Shown: one piece after another, positions 51,224-64,000 of the stretch
Layout: each line of letters begins with the position of its first letter
Numbering within the stretch: position 1 is the first letter of the stretch
Assembly: GCA_951406725.2 (NCBI GenBank)
Contig: OX597834.1
Coordinates: 46,562,001-46,626,000, forward strand
Length of the DNA: 64,000 bases
Direction: 5' to 3'
Origin: Octopus vulgaris
Lineage: Eukaryota
Notes under the pieces: generated by a model
Told to the model about the DNA's origin: nothing
Seen by the model: the letters and a program-made list of their open reading frames with translations, nothing else
Database searches by the model: none
Position numbers and translations under genes: made by a program

Positions 51224-53277
51224 TATATATATGGTTGCAGCTTGTTAAAAAGGTTCTGAAAACAATTACAGTACGGACATTTGATAAGAAACATAGAAGC
51301 AACTTCGATGAGGTTTTCTTTGGTTTTATATCGATCTCCATATTCAACTGGTCCTTATTTAATCGACCCTAAAAGCATAAAAGTCAAAGCTGACATTGGT
51401 GGAATTCGAACGCGGAATGTGAAGCTCCTGGGCAGAGCTCTAGACATTAGTAACAAGGTATTAGCTGGATGTGTGTGTGTGTGTGTGTAATGGTTAGGTG
51501 TGTGTGTGTGTGAGTAATGGTTAGGTGTGTAACTTATTTTGTAATTGTTGAATAGTGTTTCACACCTGCAGACTTTGAACCTGACTTTACAAAGTTCTAT
51601 ATGCAAGTAAGTATATTGCTGTGTATGTATGAATGTATAGGCAGGTATGTACATAGCTACGTATGTATTCACCTTTGTCTGTATTTATATATACAGGATA
51701 TTTGTTAACTAGTCGTTCAACTCCATTCTTTCATATACTTATATATATATATATTGATAAAACGGTAAGATAACAAAAGAAAGAAAGAGACCTCAATATT
51801 ATGTAAATAGAGGAAATTTATCTATACAATATGTTACATTACTCGGTAGTCAAGATAAAACTATATATACTAGCTTAAAAGCCGCCCTAGCTGCCGTGGA
51901 GGGCTCTTCATTGAGCCCAATAATGACCTTGAGTCCAATAATGACACTTCATGCATTGAGTACATATTAAATTTTATTAAACGTGACCAACCAATCTTTT
52001 TCAAACAATGGGCAATTTTCGTTAAAACAATGATGTATGTCGACTTGAGACTTATTGAAAAGCTTCATGATAAACAACATATTTTGTCTTCGCGTTCGGG
52101 GGTCATCACCACCACTAGTACCACCACCATCGCCACCACAACTGCCATACACACACCATTCAGACTTCTGACACCACCACCATCAACACCTTTGACTCCA
52201 CCGCCTTCCCCACCACCACCATCACCACTGTCTTTCATATCCCTTACTTTTACCATCATGCTTGGAACGTAGGAAAAAACACAGGTTTAAAAATGTTTCA
52301 AACATTCACATTTTTAGCTTAAATAGAAAACTTACAACTTTTTCTATTGATCCACTTAACTCGTTGATTTTTCTTTTTTATTAAATTCGTAGCTTGTACA
52401 ACTTGTCACTTAGGCATTTACTTATGAAAATTAAATGCGCTAAATTATTATTGGTATAAAAGAGAATTCATTATCTGAATATGGAAGGCGGACGATTCGG
52501 TTAAGTGCCCGTAATGAATCTCTTTTTCTATTGTTTTCAAAATGATTTTCACATTAGCGGAGCAACTGAACACTATAACGGTACATACTATTACAGCCTG
52601 GTCACACTTGACAGAAGTTTTGATAGGAATTTCTACTGACATTCTTTGTCTGTACGTATGCATGGATGGATGTATGGATGGATGTGTGTGTGTGTGTGTG
52701 GTGTGTGGCGTGTGTCTTATCTTTAATTTTTTTTTATTTGTTCCAGTTTATTAGACTGCGGCCATACAAGGACATCGCTTCGAAAGGTTTTAGCCGAACA
52801 ATGCAACCCTAGTAATTACTTTTCTTCTTAAATCCCTTGCTAATCCTATCCCTCCTTTTTGCCGAACCGCTAGTTTACGCGGATATAAACAAACCGGTGC
52901 CGGTTGTCAAGTGGTGTGGGGTGGAACAAAGCACAGGCACATAGGCACACAATCTCGTATATATATGTATATATATATATATATCATGTAATGCCTTATT
53001 TTGACAGCTGTTTCAAGAGGCCAAACTTATATAATAACCATATTCATAGATGATATGTTCATGATGTCATAGGTATGCAGCCACTAGTAAGTCCAGGTGA
53101 AATTGTTAAGAAAGTCAGACCTACTTTTCCAAAAGTAGAGTGATAAATGTGAGTTGTTTAGTAGTGCTTACAAATATAAAGACTTAAAGAGAAGAGATAG
53201 GAATAGGGGTAGAAAGAAGAGGACGGCTATAGTGAGAGAGAGAGGAATAGCTAAAAGGCAAATATGTATATACACAG

Positions 53278-53339
<62 letters not shown>

Positions 53340-53344
53340 ATATA

Positions 53345-53710
53345 CAATTTCTCGACAATTCCAAGATCACGCAGTTTGAGACATATCATTCCATGATCAA
53401 CTTTGTTGAAAGCCTTTGCAAAGTCGTGATATATGACATCCACATTTCAGTGGTTGAGCAGCTATTTCAACACTCAGTCATAGTGTTGTAAGAGCTGAGT
53501 CAGGTAGCTTCTTCCTGGTCGGAATCCATGCTGGGTGTCAGTCAGCAAGTCATTTACCACAAGGAAGGTGATTAGTTTTCTTCTGACTATTCATTCCATG
53601 ACTTTGCTGATGTGTGAGGTTAGAGAGATAGGTCTGTAGTTTTTGGCCACTGTTCTGCTACGTCCTTTATGAAATGGGCATATTTTACCCGTCTTCAGCT
53701 TGCTTGGAAA
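53345..53710 (-). pseudogene. CR1/Jockey-group LINE RT fragment
   Basis: HKG..NYRPISLTSHISKVME and DVIYHDFAKAFNKVDHG. Confidence 0.75.
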
Positions 53711-53711
53711 C

Positions 53712-53894
53712 TCTGAGAACCTAATTTATGTAATAACCTGCTCGGGTTGCGGACACAACTATATTGGAAAGACGAGTATGACCTTGAAACGTCTTAATAT
53801 GCACGTATAACCAACTTTCATCTTTTTACATATATCAATTCCCGATTACATCACTGTTCATAAATCCCCTCACTAAGCAAGTTTTTCGAAACCC

Positions 53895-53951
<57 letters not shown>

Positions 53952-54309
53952 ACGTGTGTGTGTCTCCCCTTGCCGAAAGGTGAACCCCTTGCCCACAACA
54001 ATAACAATAATAACGATAACCAATTACTTCTTTTTCAAACATATATGTATATACAAATATATATAAATACAAATATACATATTTGTATTTATGTGCTATC
54101 TGAGTGTATTCCACTGATGAAAGCAGAGGATCTCTTATGCAAAGCCAGAAATCCGGGATCTGGAATTATCCAGTAACTTTTTGCCAGTTCATTTTGTCTC
54201 TTTGTCTTCTCTCCTGGTGTTGTATGAACATTTAATGTTGTTTTAGAGTCAAGCTTTTTACTGCTATTTCAAGCATGATGGTATCTCTTAAATACCCTAC
54301 ATTATAATT
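53712..54309 (+). mobile_element. Penelope-like 3' remnant: GIY-YIG fragment plus hammerhead (54108-54166)
   Basis: SENLIYVITCSGCGHNYIGKTSMTLKR at ~53712-53795. ATTCCA-CTGATGA-..-GAAA-TCCGGG-ATC-TGGAAT. Confidence 0.7.
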
Positions 54310-54310
54310 A

Positions 54311-55582
54311 CGAGGGGCGTTCAATAAGTAATGCCCCTGACCCACTTCCCATAGCAGTAGAGCAACGAAACTTGGCACAGTTATTAGTCTTTTTCTACAT
54401 AGGAACCACCCAGGGTTACGCATTTCTCCCATCGTTTGATGCAGCGCTGGAGACCGTTTTTGTAGAAGACCCCAGCTTGGTCCTCCAACCACGACGTGAC
54501 TTTAGAAATCAAGGCTGCATCAGCTGTGAAATGCTTTCCTTTCAAAAACAACTTCATGGCTGGGAAGAGGTCAAAATCAGAGGGTGCGAGGTCAGGAGCG
54601 TAGGGGGGATGGGGAGGAGTTCATAGCAGCACGCCTGTGCTTCTGATCTGGCGACACGCGAGTTGTGGACCGGAGCGTTGTCCTGCAGGAGGTGGATGCC
54701 TTTGCTGATCTTGCCCCACCTCTTGATTTTGATAGCTTCTCTTAATTTCCTCAAAAGTGAAGCATAATAGGCTCCTGTAATTGTGGTACCCTTTGCCAGG
54801 AAATCTGTCATCACTACTCCGTCCTGGTCCCAGAAGACTGTGAGCATGACCTTGCCAGCGGAGGGCTGCACCCTTGCCTTCTTTGGAGGAGGTGAGTCAT
54901 GGTGCTTTCACTGCATTGACTGGGCTTTGGTCTCTGAATCCTAGTGATGGACCCAGGTTTCGTCCTGTGTAATCAGTCTTTTGAAAAATTTTGACTCATC
55001 TTCTTGGCACATCTCCAAATTCATCCTCGAGCACTCGACGCGTTCTTGCTTCTGGAAAGGTGTGAGCAACCTGGGGATCCATCTGGCAGACACCTTTTGC
55101 ATATGCAAATGGTCATGAATGATAGTTTCCACAGACCCGGTACTAATCTTGACCTCATGGGCTATTTGGCAAATAGTTATGCACCGATCTTCCAAAATGG
55201 CAGCCTCAACTTGACGGACAGATGCCTCATCAATGGCAGAAGAGGGGCGACCAGATCTGGGAGCTGTTTCCACAGAGTTCCGACCATGTTTGAATTCACG
55301 ATGCCAGCGTTTTACAAGGTCATATGATGGGGCATCATCACCATAAGTTACTTTCATTTCATCAAAAGTCTCCTGTGGTGTGCGTCCTTTCAAATACAAA
55401 AACCAGATCACTGCTCGACACTCAACAGGCTCCATTTCACACTTGTAAATCAGAAACCACAATTAGCTCAGAACTGTAATTTGCCACTTAATCTATAGAG
55501 ATATAAATAATTGCACATGCAAAATTTCAGCTAGATCAAACAACTGCAAGTGGGTCAGAGGCATTACTTATTGAACGTCCCT

Positions 55583-55584
<2 letters not shown>
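54311..55584 (-). mobile_element. Mariner (DD34D-type) transposon, full length, inactivated
   Basis: ~36-bp TIRs (CGAGGGGCGTTCAATAAGTAATGCCCCTGACCCACT), TA flanks. Transposase 55462 to ~54370 with WIPRLL, TQDETWVHH, QDNAPVH and a frameshifted YSPDLAPSDF. Confidence 0.93.
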
Positions 55585-55627
<43 letters not shown>

Positions 55628-55849
55628 TAGCAAACGCACCCGCTTTCTGTTTTCGACTCTGTAATTTATTATGATGGTGCACTCCTTTGGACGGCTGAAA
55701 TCAAATTATCCCGCAGTTAGACAAGCGTAAATTGTATAATTACTCTTTTCGTTAGCCGTTTATTATATGGTATTAAGCAACCTAGGTCATAGAGTTTTTT
55801 GAACCCAAATTTGGCAGTTAATATTAAATGAAAGTCCATGAAATTTTTT

Positions 55850-56125
55850 TAAGCCTAGTACTTATTTTATCGGTCCCATATGTCGAACCACTAGTTTACA
55901 GAGACGTAAACACTTCGACACAGGTTGTCAAGCGCGATAGTGCACAAACAGAGGCACACACACACACACGGCGGGCTTCTTTCAGTTTCCGTCTACCAAA
56001 TCTACTCACAAGGCTTCGGTCGGCCCGAGGCTATAGTAGAAGACACTTGCCCAAGGTGTCACATAGTGGGACTGAACCCGGAACCATGTGGCTGGTAAGC
56101 AAGCTACTTACCACACAGGCACTCC
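55850..56125 (-). mobile_element. CORE-like SINE
   Basis: Reverse complement of the 45883 family. Confidence 0.78.
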
Positions 56126-56390
56126 TCTTATATATAAGAAATAATAAAGATTCTGTTGAAATAGGTACTTAAGTTGAAGTACCAAGTCACTCTGGTATTA
56201 TCCGCACAGATCGAAATAAGGTGAATAAAATAAGTAATAGAATTTCAAGCAGTAATGCAGTGCGACCATTTAATTGAACAATATAATCATTACTTCAACG
56301 CTATCTTCAGGGGCACAAATATGAAATTTAACATTTCCTATTTAATAATAGCTATTAATGCTCACTGACCGTCAAATGTTCAATATAATA

Positions 56391-56513
<123 letters not shown>

Positions 56514-56638
56514 AACAGAGATATTCAGATGAATTAGGTACTTAAGTTGAGGCACCAGAATTTAGTACGGTATTATCCAAACAATTTCAAAATAAGGTCA
56601 TTAAAATCAAAATAAGCAACAAGGATATCCAGAGGTAA

Positions 56639-56724
56639 TACAGTACGATCGTTTCACGCAACTCCATTTAATTTAACAATGCGACCATTACATCAATTTA
56701 AATGCAGAGCAATCCTCAGCTGCA
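56639..56724 (-). ncRNA. Type I hammerhead ribozyme motif with long stem II
   Basis: Minus strand: TGCAG-CTGAGGA-TTGC..CATTTAA..TTAAATG..GCGT-GAAAC-GATC-GTA-CTGTA. A decayed related copy lies at ~56160-56312. Confidence 0.75.
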
Positions 56725-57689
56725 TAAAGACATAGAATTTAATTAAATTAAGACAGATGGATACATTAGTATAATTTTGCCTAAAATCTCCAAGAAGTTA
56801 AGGAGATAGACAAAGAACATTGTTTCCCTTCCTTCCACTTAGAAGCTACTAAGGTATCAGGAAGAAAGACTTGTTACAGATTTTGCTTGTCACTTTTATA
56901 TGGGGTCAGTTTTAATTTATAGACTAGTTTTATCAAATCTTTGTATATCTAATGCCAAGAGATCAAGGGGCAGTGTCTGTTAGGGGTAGGGCTGAGGGAG
57001 TCGACAGAAATCATAGTGGGTATAGTCATAAAAAAACTATCATGACATCTTAAGTCATCTTAAATCAAGATGTTCGCTAACATCTTGATATAAGTTTTCC
57101 TTTACCAAATCTCATGATATTGCTTCTAATAAATCAAATACCTTAACCCTAATCATTCTATAAGTAGCCCAAATAACAGGAACCCACACACTAATACCAC
57201 TAACACCAACCACACACCAGGCATCACCACAAACTACACCAACAATAAGATAATTATGGGTAACTCCAATAGAAACCACACCAATATGAACAACGCCAAG
57301 GCCCATACACAAACCACGAACAACAACAAAAATAACCGCAACACTAATACCGACAAACTGATACTAAATAAGATTAACAATATTAACAGAACTAATAACA
57401 CAAAGTACGTAAACAAGTCCCAAAATAACAGCACTTACAAAACTAATAGTATAAACCTATACATCGGTATCAATAAAACTATAGTCACCTAACGAACTAA
57501 TACGAACCCTATTAATAGCAAAAAACTAGGCCCTTGAACCCACATGAACCCTACGATAATAACACGAATAGGACAGACAAAAGCAACACGAAAGTGAAAC
57601 ATAACTATGGATATAACCAAGATACATACAACCATAACTTCACACAAATTACAAACAAGGAGGGAAGCTTCTATACTAGGAAAAGCAAC

Positions 57690-59219
57690 ACAAAAAATAA
57701 ACAAAATAGCGATAATACCTGGCTTGTACACCATGCACCTCAAATCAAATATAGTTCACTCATTAATGAAAATCATAGACAAACACCTAAACGTTAATAA
57801 TTAATATGCAGATTTAATTAGGAATAAAATCAGAATAGGCCACAGTCTGACTAATAACTTAGCCACAATAATAATGAATAATTAAAAAACTCGACAAATT
57901 CTATGAAACTAGAACAATAAAAGTAATGACTAACCAACCAATAGAACTTAGCTCCCCCACTAACGCAGTGCCTCCTGCTAACTTAGGTACAGACCTGAAT
58001 AATAATTGGCCCCCACAATACAATACGGACGAAAATATATCTAATTATTTATGCGGCTGTAGGGATAGAACAACGTGCCATTTCTCAAGTAGATGCAAGG
58101 CAAATAACGTTTACCAATGTGACGTCCGCACAAATAACCAGACGAAATCATACATAGGTGCAACTAAGAACCAAATGATTCTCAGATATAATGCACACCA
58201 ATCGAGCTTCACGAATAGGAATAAGGTTAACTCAACAGGGCTAAGTACATACATTTGGGAACTTAAGGATAAAAAAAAAATAGATTATAGTTTAAACTGG
58301 CGTATACTCACAAAAACAACCTCCCACAACACCGCCAATAGACGCTGCGATCTTTGCCTATCAGAACGCCGAGCTATACTTACGGCTTCTGTACAACCCC
58401 TTCTGAACAGAAAATTTGAGAACAACTTTTTTGTCTTCATATGGGCCTTTATGTATTTTCAAAATACCGGTAGAATAGCCCCTTTTGTCTTTATGCAGGC
58501 CTCTATGTCCTTCATAATCCCAAACTTGAATACTCAGCTAAATAAGTCTAATTAACTGGGAAACACCTTAAACACTTACAAATAGTCACCCAGAAAACCC
58601 ACTCGCCCCCACATTCCATAATAATACAGTTTGCACATACATAGGACCTCTTCTAGCACTAAGAACTTCCTAAACTCTAGCAATAAGATAATTATTAGCC
58701 ACAATACATTTTTAAACCACCCCATCTAATCCAATAAAAATTTGGTAGGAGTTAGCTCACTTCTCACCCTATTAGAGTTACCCTCCTTCACCTACACCAC
58801 CGGTGATAACCCACTGCAGAATATAAACAAATTGAATGCACACGTGCGAACAAAATGTGCTTAATCAAACTAGGAACCCAACACCTAAATAATACTCATC
58901 CCGCCCTAATAATCCAACGAAACTTACCAGTCTTACCACAAGCAAACCTCTACCCAGCGATTTTACCAGCACAAGGACAAAATTTCATGTAAGACTTACT
59001 ACCTTTGTTTATATTACCATCACATGTGTATCAATTATTTTCGCATCCAAATCGATGCATCGATCTATATTCACATTCTGAAGAGATTTACTTAAACCAG
59101 TAAATTGAAACGATCTTAAATGCTACTTTCACTCTGCTTCCTCCTTCTTTGTTACCTAATTAAATTAAAGGCATACCAGCGAAAACCACGAGTTTCACCT
59201 TGTTACTGCATCTATTTTC

Positions 59220-59225
<6 letters not shown>
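57690..59225 (+). mobile_element. Penelope-like element 3' part: linker, GIY-YIG endonuclease and hammerhead
   Basis: ORF 57926-58555: CGCRD..C..C..NVYQC..SYIGAT..RYNAHQSSF..STGLSTYIWELK..WRIL..CDLCLSER..LLN. Hammerhead CATT-CTGAAGA-GATTTACT..AGTAAATT-GAAAC-GATC-TTA-AATG at 59074-59122. Confidence 0.82.
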
Positions 59226-59305
<80 letters not shown>

Positions 59306-59308
<3 letters not shown>

Positions 59309-59814
59309 ATATTTATAAATCTGAAATGAGAAAGTTTGTTTGTTTGTCTGGGTTTGGCATTGGAACGGGTTAAAGGGCATTAGATCCCGTCAGATTCGCT
59401 CCAAAATTTACAGGGACATGTAAAATGAGGTGAGGATATTAGTGGGCTAGGTTATCTCAAAAGTTGCGGTTACTAGGGCAAAAAAACCCCACACTTTGAC
59501 AAGTCTTTTTTTGTTACTCTCATTCTCTTATTTGCCTGTCTTCCTCCGTTTCTCTCTCTCTCTTTCCTCCTTTCCCTTCACTTTCTCTCTATAACGACGT
59601 GTGACAGATCAACCATCTTTCCCCCGCCACCTTCGCCAGCGCTGTCACTCTAATTATCGCCACCACCACCACACAATCATGAGAACGAATATTTGTTCTC
59701 ATGATTGTGTGGTGGTGGTGGTGGTGGCGATAATTATTGAGTTAATTTATATATGTGTGTGTTCTATATATAAATATGTATATATAATGTATATATACAA
59801 AGTGTATATGTCTG

Positions 59815-59873
<59 letters not shown>

Positions 59874-59902
59874 ATTTGTATACATTTGTATATATAATGC
59901 AT

Positions 59903-59937
<35 letters not shown>

Positions 59938-59972
59938 CTGCGTATATATGTACATATATATATTTAATCCTT

Positions 59973-60026
<54 letters not shown>

Positions 60027-60915
60027 GTGTGCATTGTGTGGTCAGTTGAGCTGAAAATATGCACACCTATGTTAAAAGTGCTGGCGAATTTGCATGGCAA
60101 CTATTTTTTTCCTCAAATGACCTCTATGACAAAATTCCTCATCTTATAAAATGTGGCTCGAGTAGACCCAAATGAAATCGAGTTATATTAACCAAAATGT
60201 GAAAAGATGTCTAAATGGGGCTGGAAGGGGATTAAAATTTACAGGAGTGGGTATTTAGGAATTCTCTGTTACAGCAAGCTAAAAAATTTGCGCCAGCCTT
60301 TAAATCGTCAATGTGTTGCCGTCCATGATGAAGAAGTTTTGAATGCTTGCCATGGTGAGTCTACTGTCGTGAGAAAGAATCACTTCAAAACTTGGTGTTT
60401 AGGAATTTTCTTTAACATGAAGTTCAAAATTTTACGCCAGACGTTAAACTGCCACTACGTTACTGTCTGTCATTAAGAAATGCCAGCCATGGTGAGCCTA
60501 CTATCCTTAGATTCTATCCCTTTAAACTTTGGTGTCCTATTTTTTTTTTTTTTTTATATTCAGCTCGCAAGTTCGTCTGTTCCTTTTAAATGTAAGTGTT
60601 TTGCTGTCTGCCTTGAAGCAGACCTTTCTGTTGTCACTGCTTGATATTTATGATTGATCTTTCAAAATATTTTGTTTCTCAACTTACTCAAGATCTTTTG
60701 TTGTTTATAAATGGGACTGAGATAGATAGAGAAAGATAGAAAGTAAGAGAAAGTGAGGAAGAGTCCGAGAGAAAGGAAGAGTAAGAGAGTGGGAAAGTGA
60801 GAGAGAAAGGAGAGAGAAACAAAGAGGGAGAATGTGGTGATAAAAAATAGAAAGGAAGCAACAGAAAGTAACAACCACATTCTTACCTGCGCGTAGAGCG
60901 GGTCACCGTAAGCTA

Positions 60916-60917
<2 letters not shown>
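59306..60917 (+). mobile_element. Possible Helitron-like non-autonomous element
   Basis: TC start after (TA)n, (GTTT)n near the 5' end, GC hairpin and CTAGT end, internal subrepeats at ~60280-60505. Confidence 0.35.
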
Positions 60918-60962
<45 letters not shown>

Positions 60963-61684
60963 ATAATTCTAATTATGTATGTGTGTATATATATACACAT
61001 GCATTTATATACATGCACACACATGCATATATATACATACGTATTTGTTAAATTGCTTATAAGCCACCCGTTTTATTTATAGTTTTCACTTTAACCGCTT
61101 TTGAAATCAGCGTCTGAGTTCAACGGTTTTGTTATAGGCTGACAAGGTGAGTTGAGTTTAACCCTAGGCGCAGTAAGAGCCACCGATAAATATTAAGATG
61201 CTCAACATCAAAATTCGAAATCGCCGGTGATCTGGCTATGTCCTCAAAGAGAGCTTATCTTCCTTGTCGTCATTAGGATAGTGTTCTCGTGGCTAGTAAG
61301 TCGGTTTGACTCTTATTTCTAGCAATGCCGGTATCAGTACCCCCTGTCGCTTTACTGACGTCTATAAATTTCCTTTTAGGCAGTTAAATTGCTAATAAGC
61401 CGCCCATATTATGTGTGTGTGTGTGTGTGTGTATTGTCAGTGACAACAAAGTACCAAGCACGTCCTTGGTTCAGTGTAATCCACTTCACCCGCCTCTCCA
61501 AAACTTGAAATCATGATTTTTGCCTTTCGTGTTTTCGGGGATCGATGGAATGAACTCCCAGTTGGGTTCTGGGGTCGATTCCGTTCACTTCGTTCGTTCT
61601 CTCCGCCAAAATTCCATCCTTGGTTTCTATGGCGAAAAGCATTACTTATAAGGATTATTAGAATTTCACACACGCGAGACATAC

Positions 61685-62369
61685 ATCTCTCTCTCCCTCT
61701 CTCCCTCCCTCTCTCTCCCTCTCTCTCTCCCTCCCTCCCTCTCTCTCTCCCTCTCTCTCTCTCTCACTCTCTCTCTCCATCTCTCTCTCCCTCTCTCTCC
61801 CCCTCTCTCTCTTCCTCTCTCTTTCTCTCACTCTTACTCTATTTCACTCTCTCTTGCACTACTTTCATTCTCTTTCTCTGTCACTCTTTGTCCTTTTCAC
61901 CCTCACTCCCTTTCTCTCTCTCTCTTTCTCTCTCTCTCCCTCCTCTCTTTTTCTGTCTCTTTCTCTCTCTCTCATTCTTACTCGCTCACTCTTTCTCATC
62001 CTCTCTTACACTACTTTCATTCTCTCTCTCTTTCTCTGTCATTCTTTCTCACTCTCACCCCCTTTCTCTATCTCTCTCCCTCTTTCTCTGTCTCTCGTTT
62101 TTGTCTTTCTCACTCTCTTTCATTCTCTATCTCACTCTCACCCCCTTTCTCTATCTCTCTCCCCCTTTCTCTGTCTCTCTCGTTTTTTTTCTTTCTCACT
62201 CTCTTTCATTCTCTCTCTCCCCCTCTCTATATCTTCCTTATCACATTATCATTCACTCTTCTTATACCTTTCCCCACCATTTCACTTTCTCTTTTCCTCT
62301 ATACCTCTCTCTTTTCCCTTTCTCAGTCTTTTATCTTCGCCACTCACTCTCACACGCTCTTCCACCCTT

Positions 62370-62416
<47 letters not shown>

Positions 62417-62445
62417 AATCTACCCCCCCACCTCACTTTCTCTAA
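61685..62445 (+). repeat. Degenerate (CT)n polypyrimidine tract, ~760 bp
   Basis: Directly visible. Confidence 0.92.
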
Positions 62446-62640
62446 ACTATAATTACACCTCCGGGAGTTTGGCGGTGAAACTGTGACATTCTCCGGTGTC
62501 CATCGATGTAATTGTACTGGTATTGGTGGTAGTGTAGGTGGTGCTGGTGTTGGTGTTAATGGTTGGGGTGGTGGTGGTGGTGGTGACCAGTAGTAAGTAG
62601 TAATACTAATAGTAGTAGCAGTAATACTAGCAGCAGCAGT

Positions 62641-62696
<56 letters not shown>

Positions 62697-63084
62697 TGAA
62701 GTGCTGTTGTTGTCGTTGTTGTTGTTGGTGGTGGTGATTGCCTGCAAGATGTTAGTGTTGGTCGTATAATGACTGCAATGTGGTGGTGGTGGTAGTGGTG
62801 GGTAGAAGGACCACATTAAACATTATAAGAAGGAAATAACAGAAGAAGAAGAATTTCAGTAATTCCTCTCCCCAAGACACCAAAAGACAGATTATCAATA
62901 AAAATTTCAATACACATTTATAATACACTCTTGGACAATTTCACAGAAGGTGGCGGAATTTTTCGAAAAACTGTAACAAGATAGTATTGCAATGGCCTTT
63001 TAAGAAACATTTCTTCATAAATGGCACAGGCCACCTACCCTTTTCAATGATGAAGCTGAGTGGTTCTCCCTGTGTTTTCTCCAA

Positions 63085-63520
63085 CAAACACAGTGTCAGG
63101 CCATTTGCTCAACGATTTCAGATCACTGAACTTAGACGTGGTAGCCATCACTGAAACCAGAATTTCTGAAACGCATGCACTCAGCCTCATATTTGACGGC
63201 TACAAGGCTTTTTTGGTTTGTGAGCTGATGGAATCCAGCTCCTAAGTGGTAGTGCTTTTCTAAAAGGAATCGGATTTAGAGATACAGTTTTCCTGGACCT
63301 GAGCAGTAAATCTGTAGTATTAGATGTGAATGATAGTAAAGGTAGTGTCTTCAGACTAATGGCCATCTATGCACTCACTAGAATAGGAAGGCCAGACTAT
63401 TTTAGTCGCTTGGAAACTTTGACAATCCAGGAACAACCTGTTCTTTAGGACTGGTCAGGTATTGGAATTATAATTTAGACGCACAATGGGATTGTGTAGG
63501 ATTTGCACACAGGAGCCTTG
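63085..63520 (+). pseudogene. Decayed Tx1 ORF2 endonuclease fragment
   Basis: GHLLNDFRSLNLDVVAITETRISETHAL.., FLD..VVLDV..FRLMAIYA match the N-terminus of Tx1-A ORF2. Confidence 0.8.
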
Positions 63521-64000
63521 AAAAATGTATGAAATAAGACAGGTTTAATATGTAAAATAAGGCCGGTTTAATATGTGTAATAAGGCAGGTTTAATACTTA
63601 AATGGAGGGCAAGGGGTGCATGGATGGATGTGCCAAACGGCGGAGAGGAGACCCAAAATCTCATTTATTTTCTTAAAAAAAAATAACTGTTGATATCACG
63701 CACTAACAGTGCCAAAATTCCGAAGCAATAGCTACACGCTTATTATCTATAGCTTTATCTCCAGCGATAAAAACGAATTATTTCACGCTCTCTAAAAGTT
63801 TCTAAATTCTCACGATGTAATGAAATTTAGTGTTTAAGCATGAACAATATACGGAAACAAACTGCATGAAAGTAAATTTTGTTGATAATACCTATTGGTG
63901 ATAACAGCTTTAAGATGTGTGAGCTACATGTGGATATCGAATGGCGAATTTCTTCATAGGTCTGCAAGCCAAGTGCTTCTTTCAGGTTTTTATCGTTAGC

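Noticed and set aside
61513-62486. 310-aa and 210-aa S/L/F-rich ORFs
   Set aside because: Products of the degenerate (CT)n tract.

Overview
AT-rich, microsatellite-dense animal genomic DNA. The tRNA-derived SINE families and microsatellite load suggest an octopus/cephalopod (inference). There is one clear host gene: a DUF229 (sulfatase/alkaline-phosphatase-fold) type II membrane protein, 12640-14691 (-). Almost everything else is mobile DNA: two near-complete Tx1-clade LINEs plus fragments, an RTE LINE, an R4/Dong-like LINE fragment, mariner/Tc1/pogo-like elements, a TIR MITE, Helitron-like pieces and many SINEs. Two patterns stand out. (1) About 15 type I hammerhead ribozyme motifs, intact or degenerate, from about 10 different sequence families. 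Most sit in asymmetric fold-back elements inserted in (TA)n, and some lie beside GIY-YIG remnants, so they look like Penelope-like or retrozyme-like elements. Their palindromic stem III differs by family, many have unusually long stem II, and one family shows a spliced/unspliced-like pair. (2) Apparent target-specific Tx1 LINEs. Two diverged copies sit in (TATC)n with the same polarity, and a third sits in the tRNA-like head of a SINE with a 16-bp target-site duplication (TSD). A local SINE family carries a Tx1-type 3' tail and forms nested dimers. All calls were made by eye with no database search, and boundaries of degenerate repeats are approximate.
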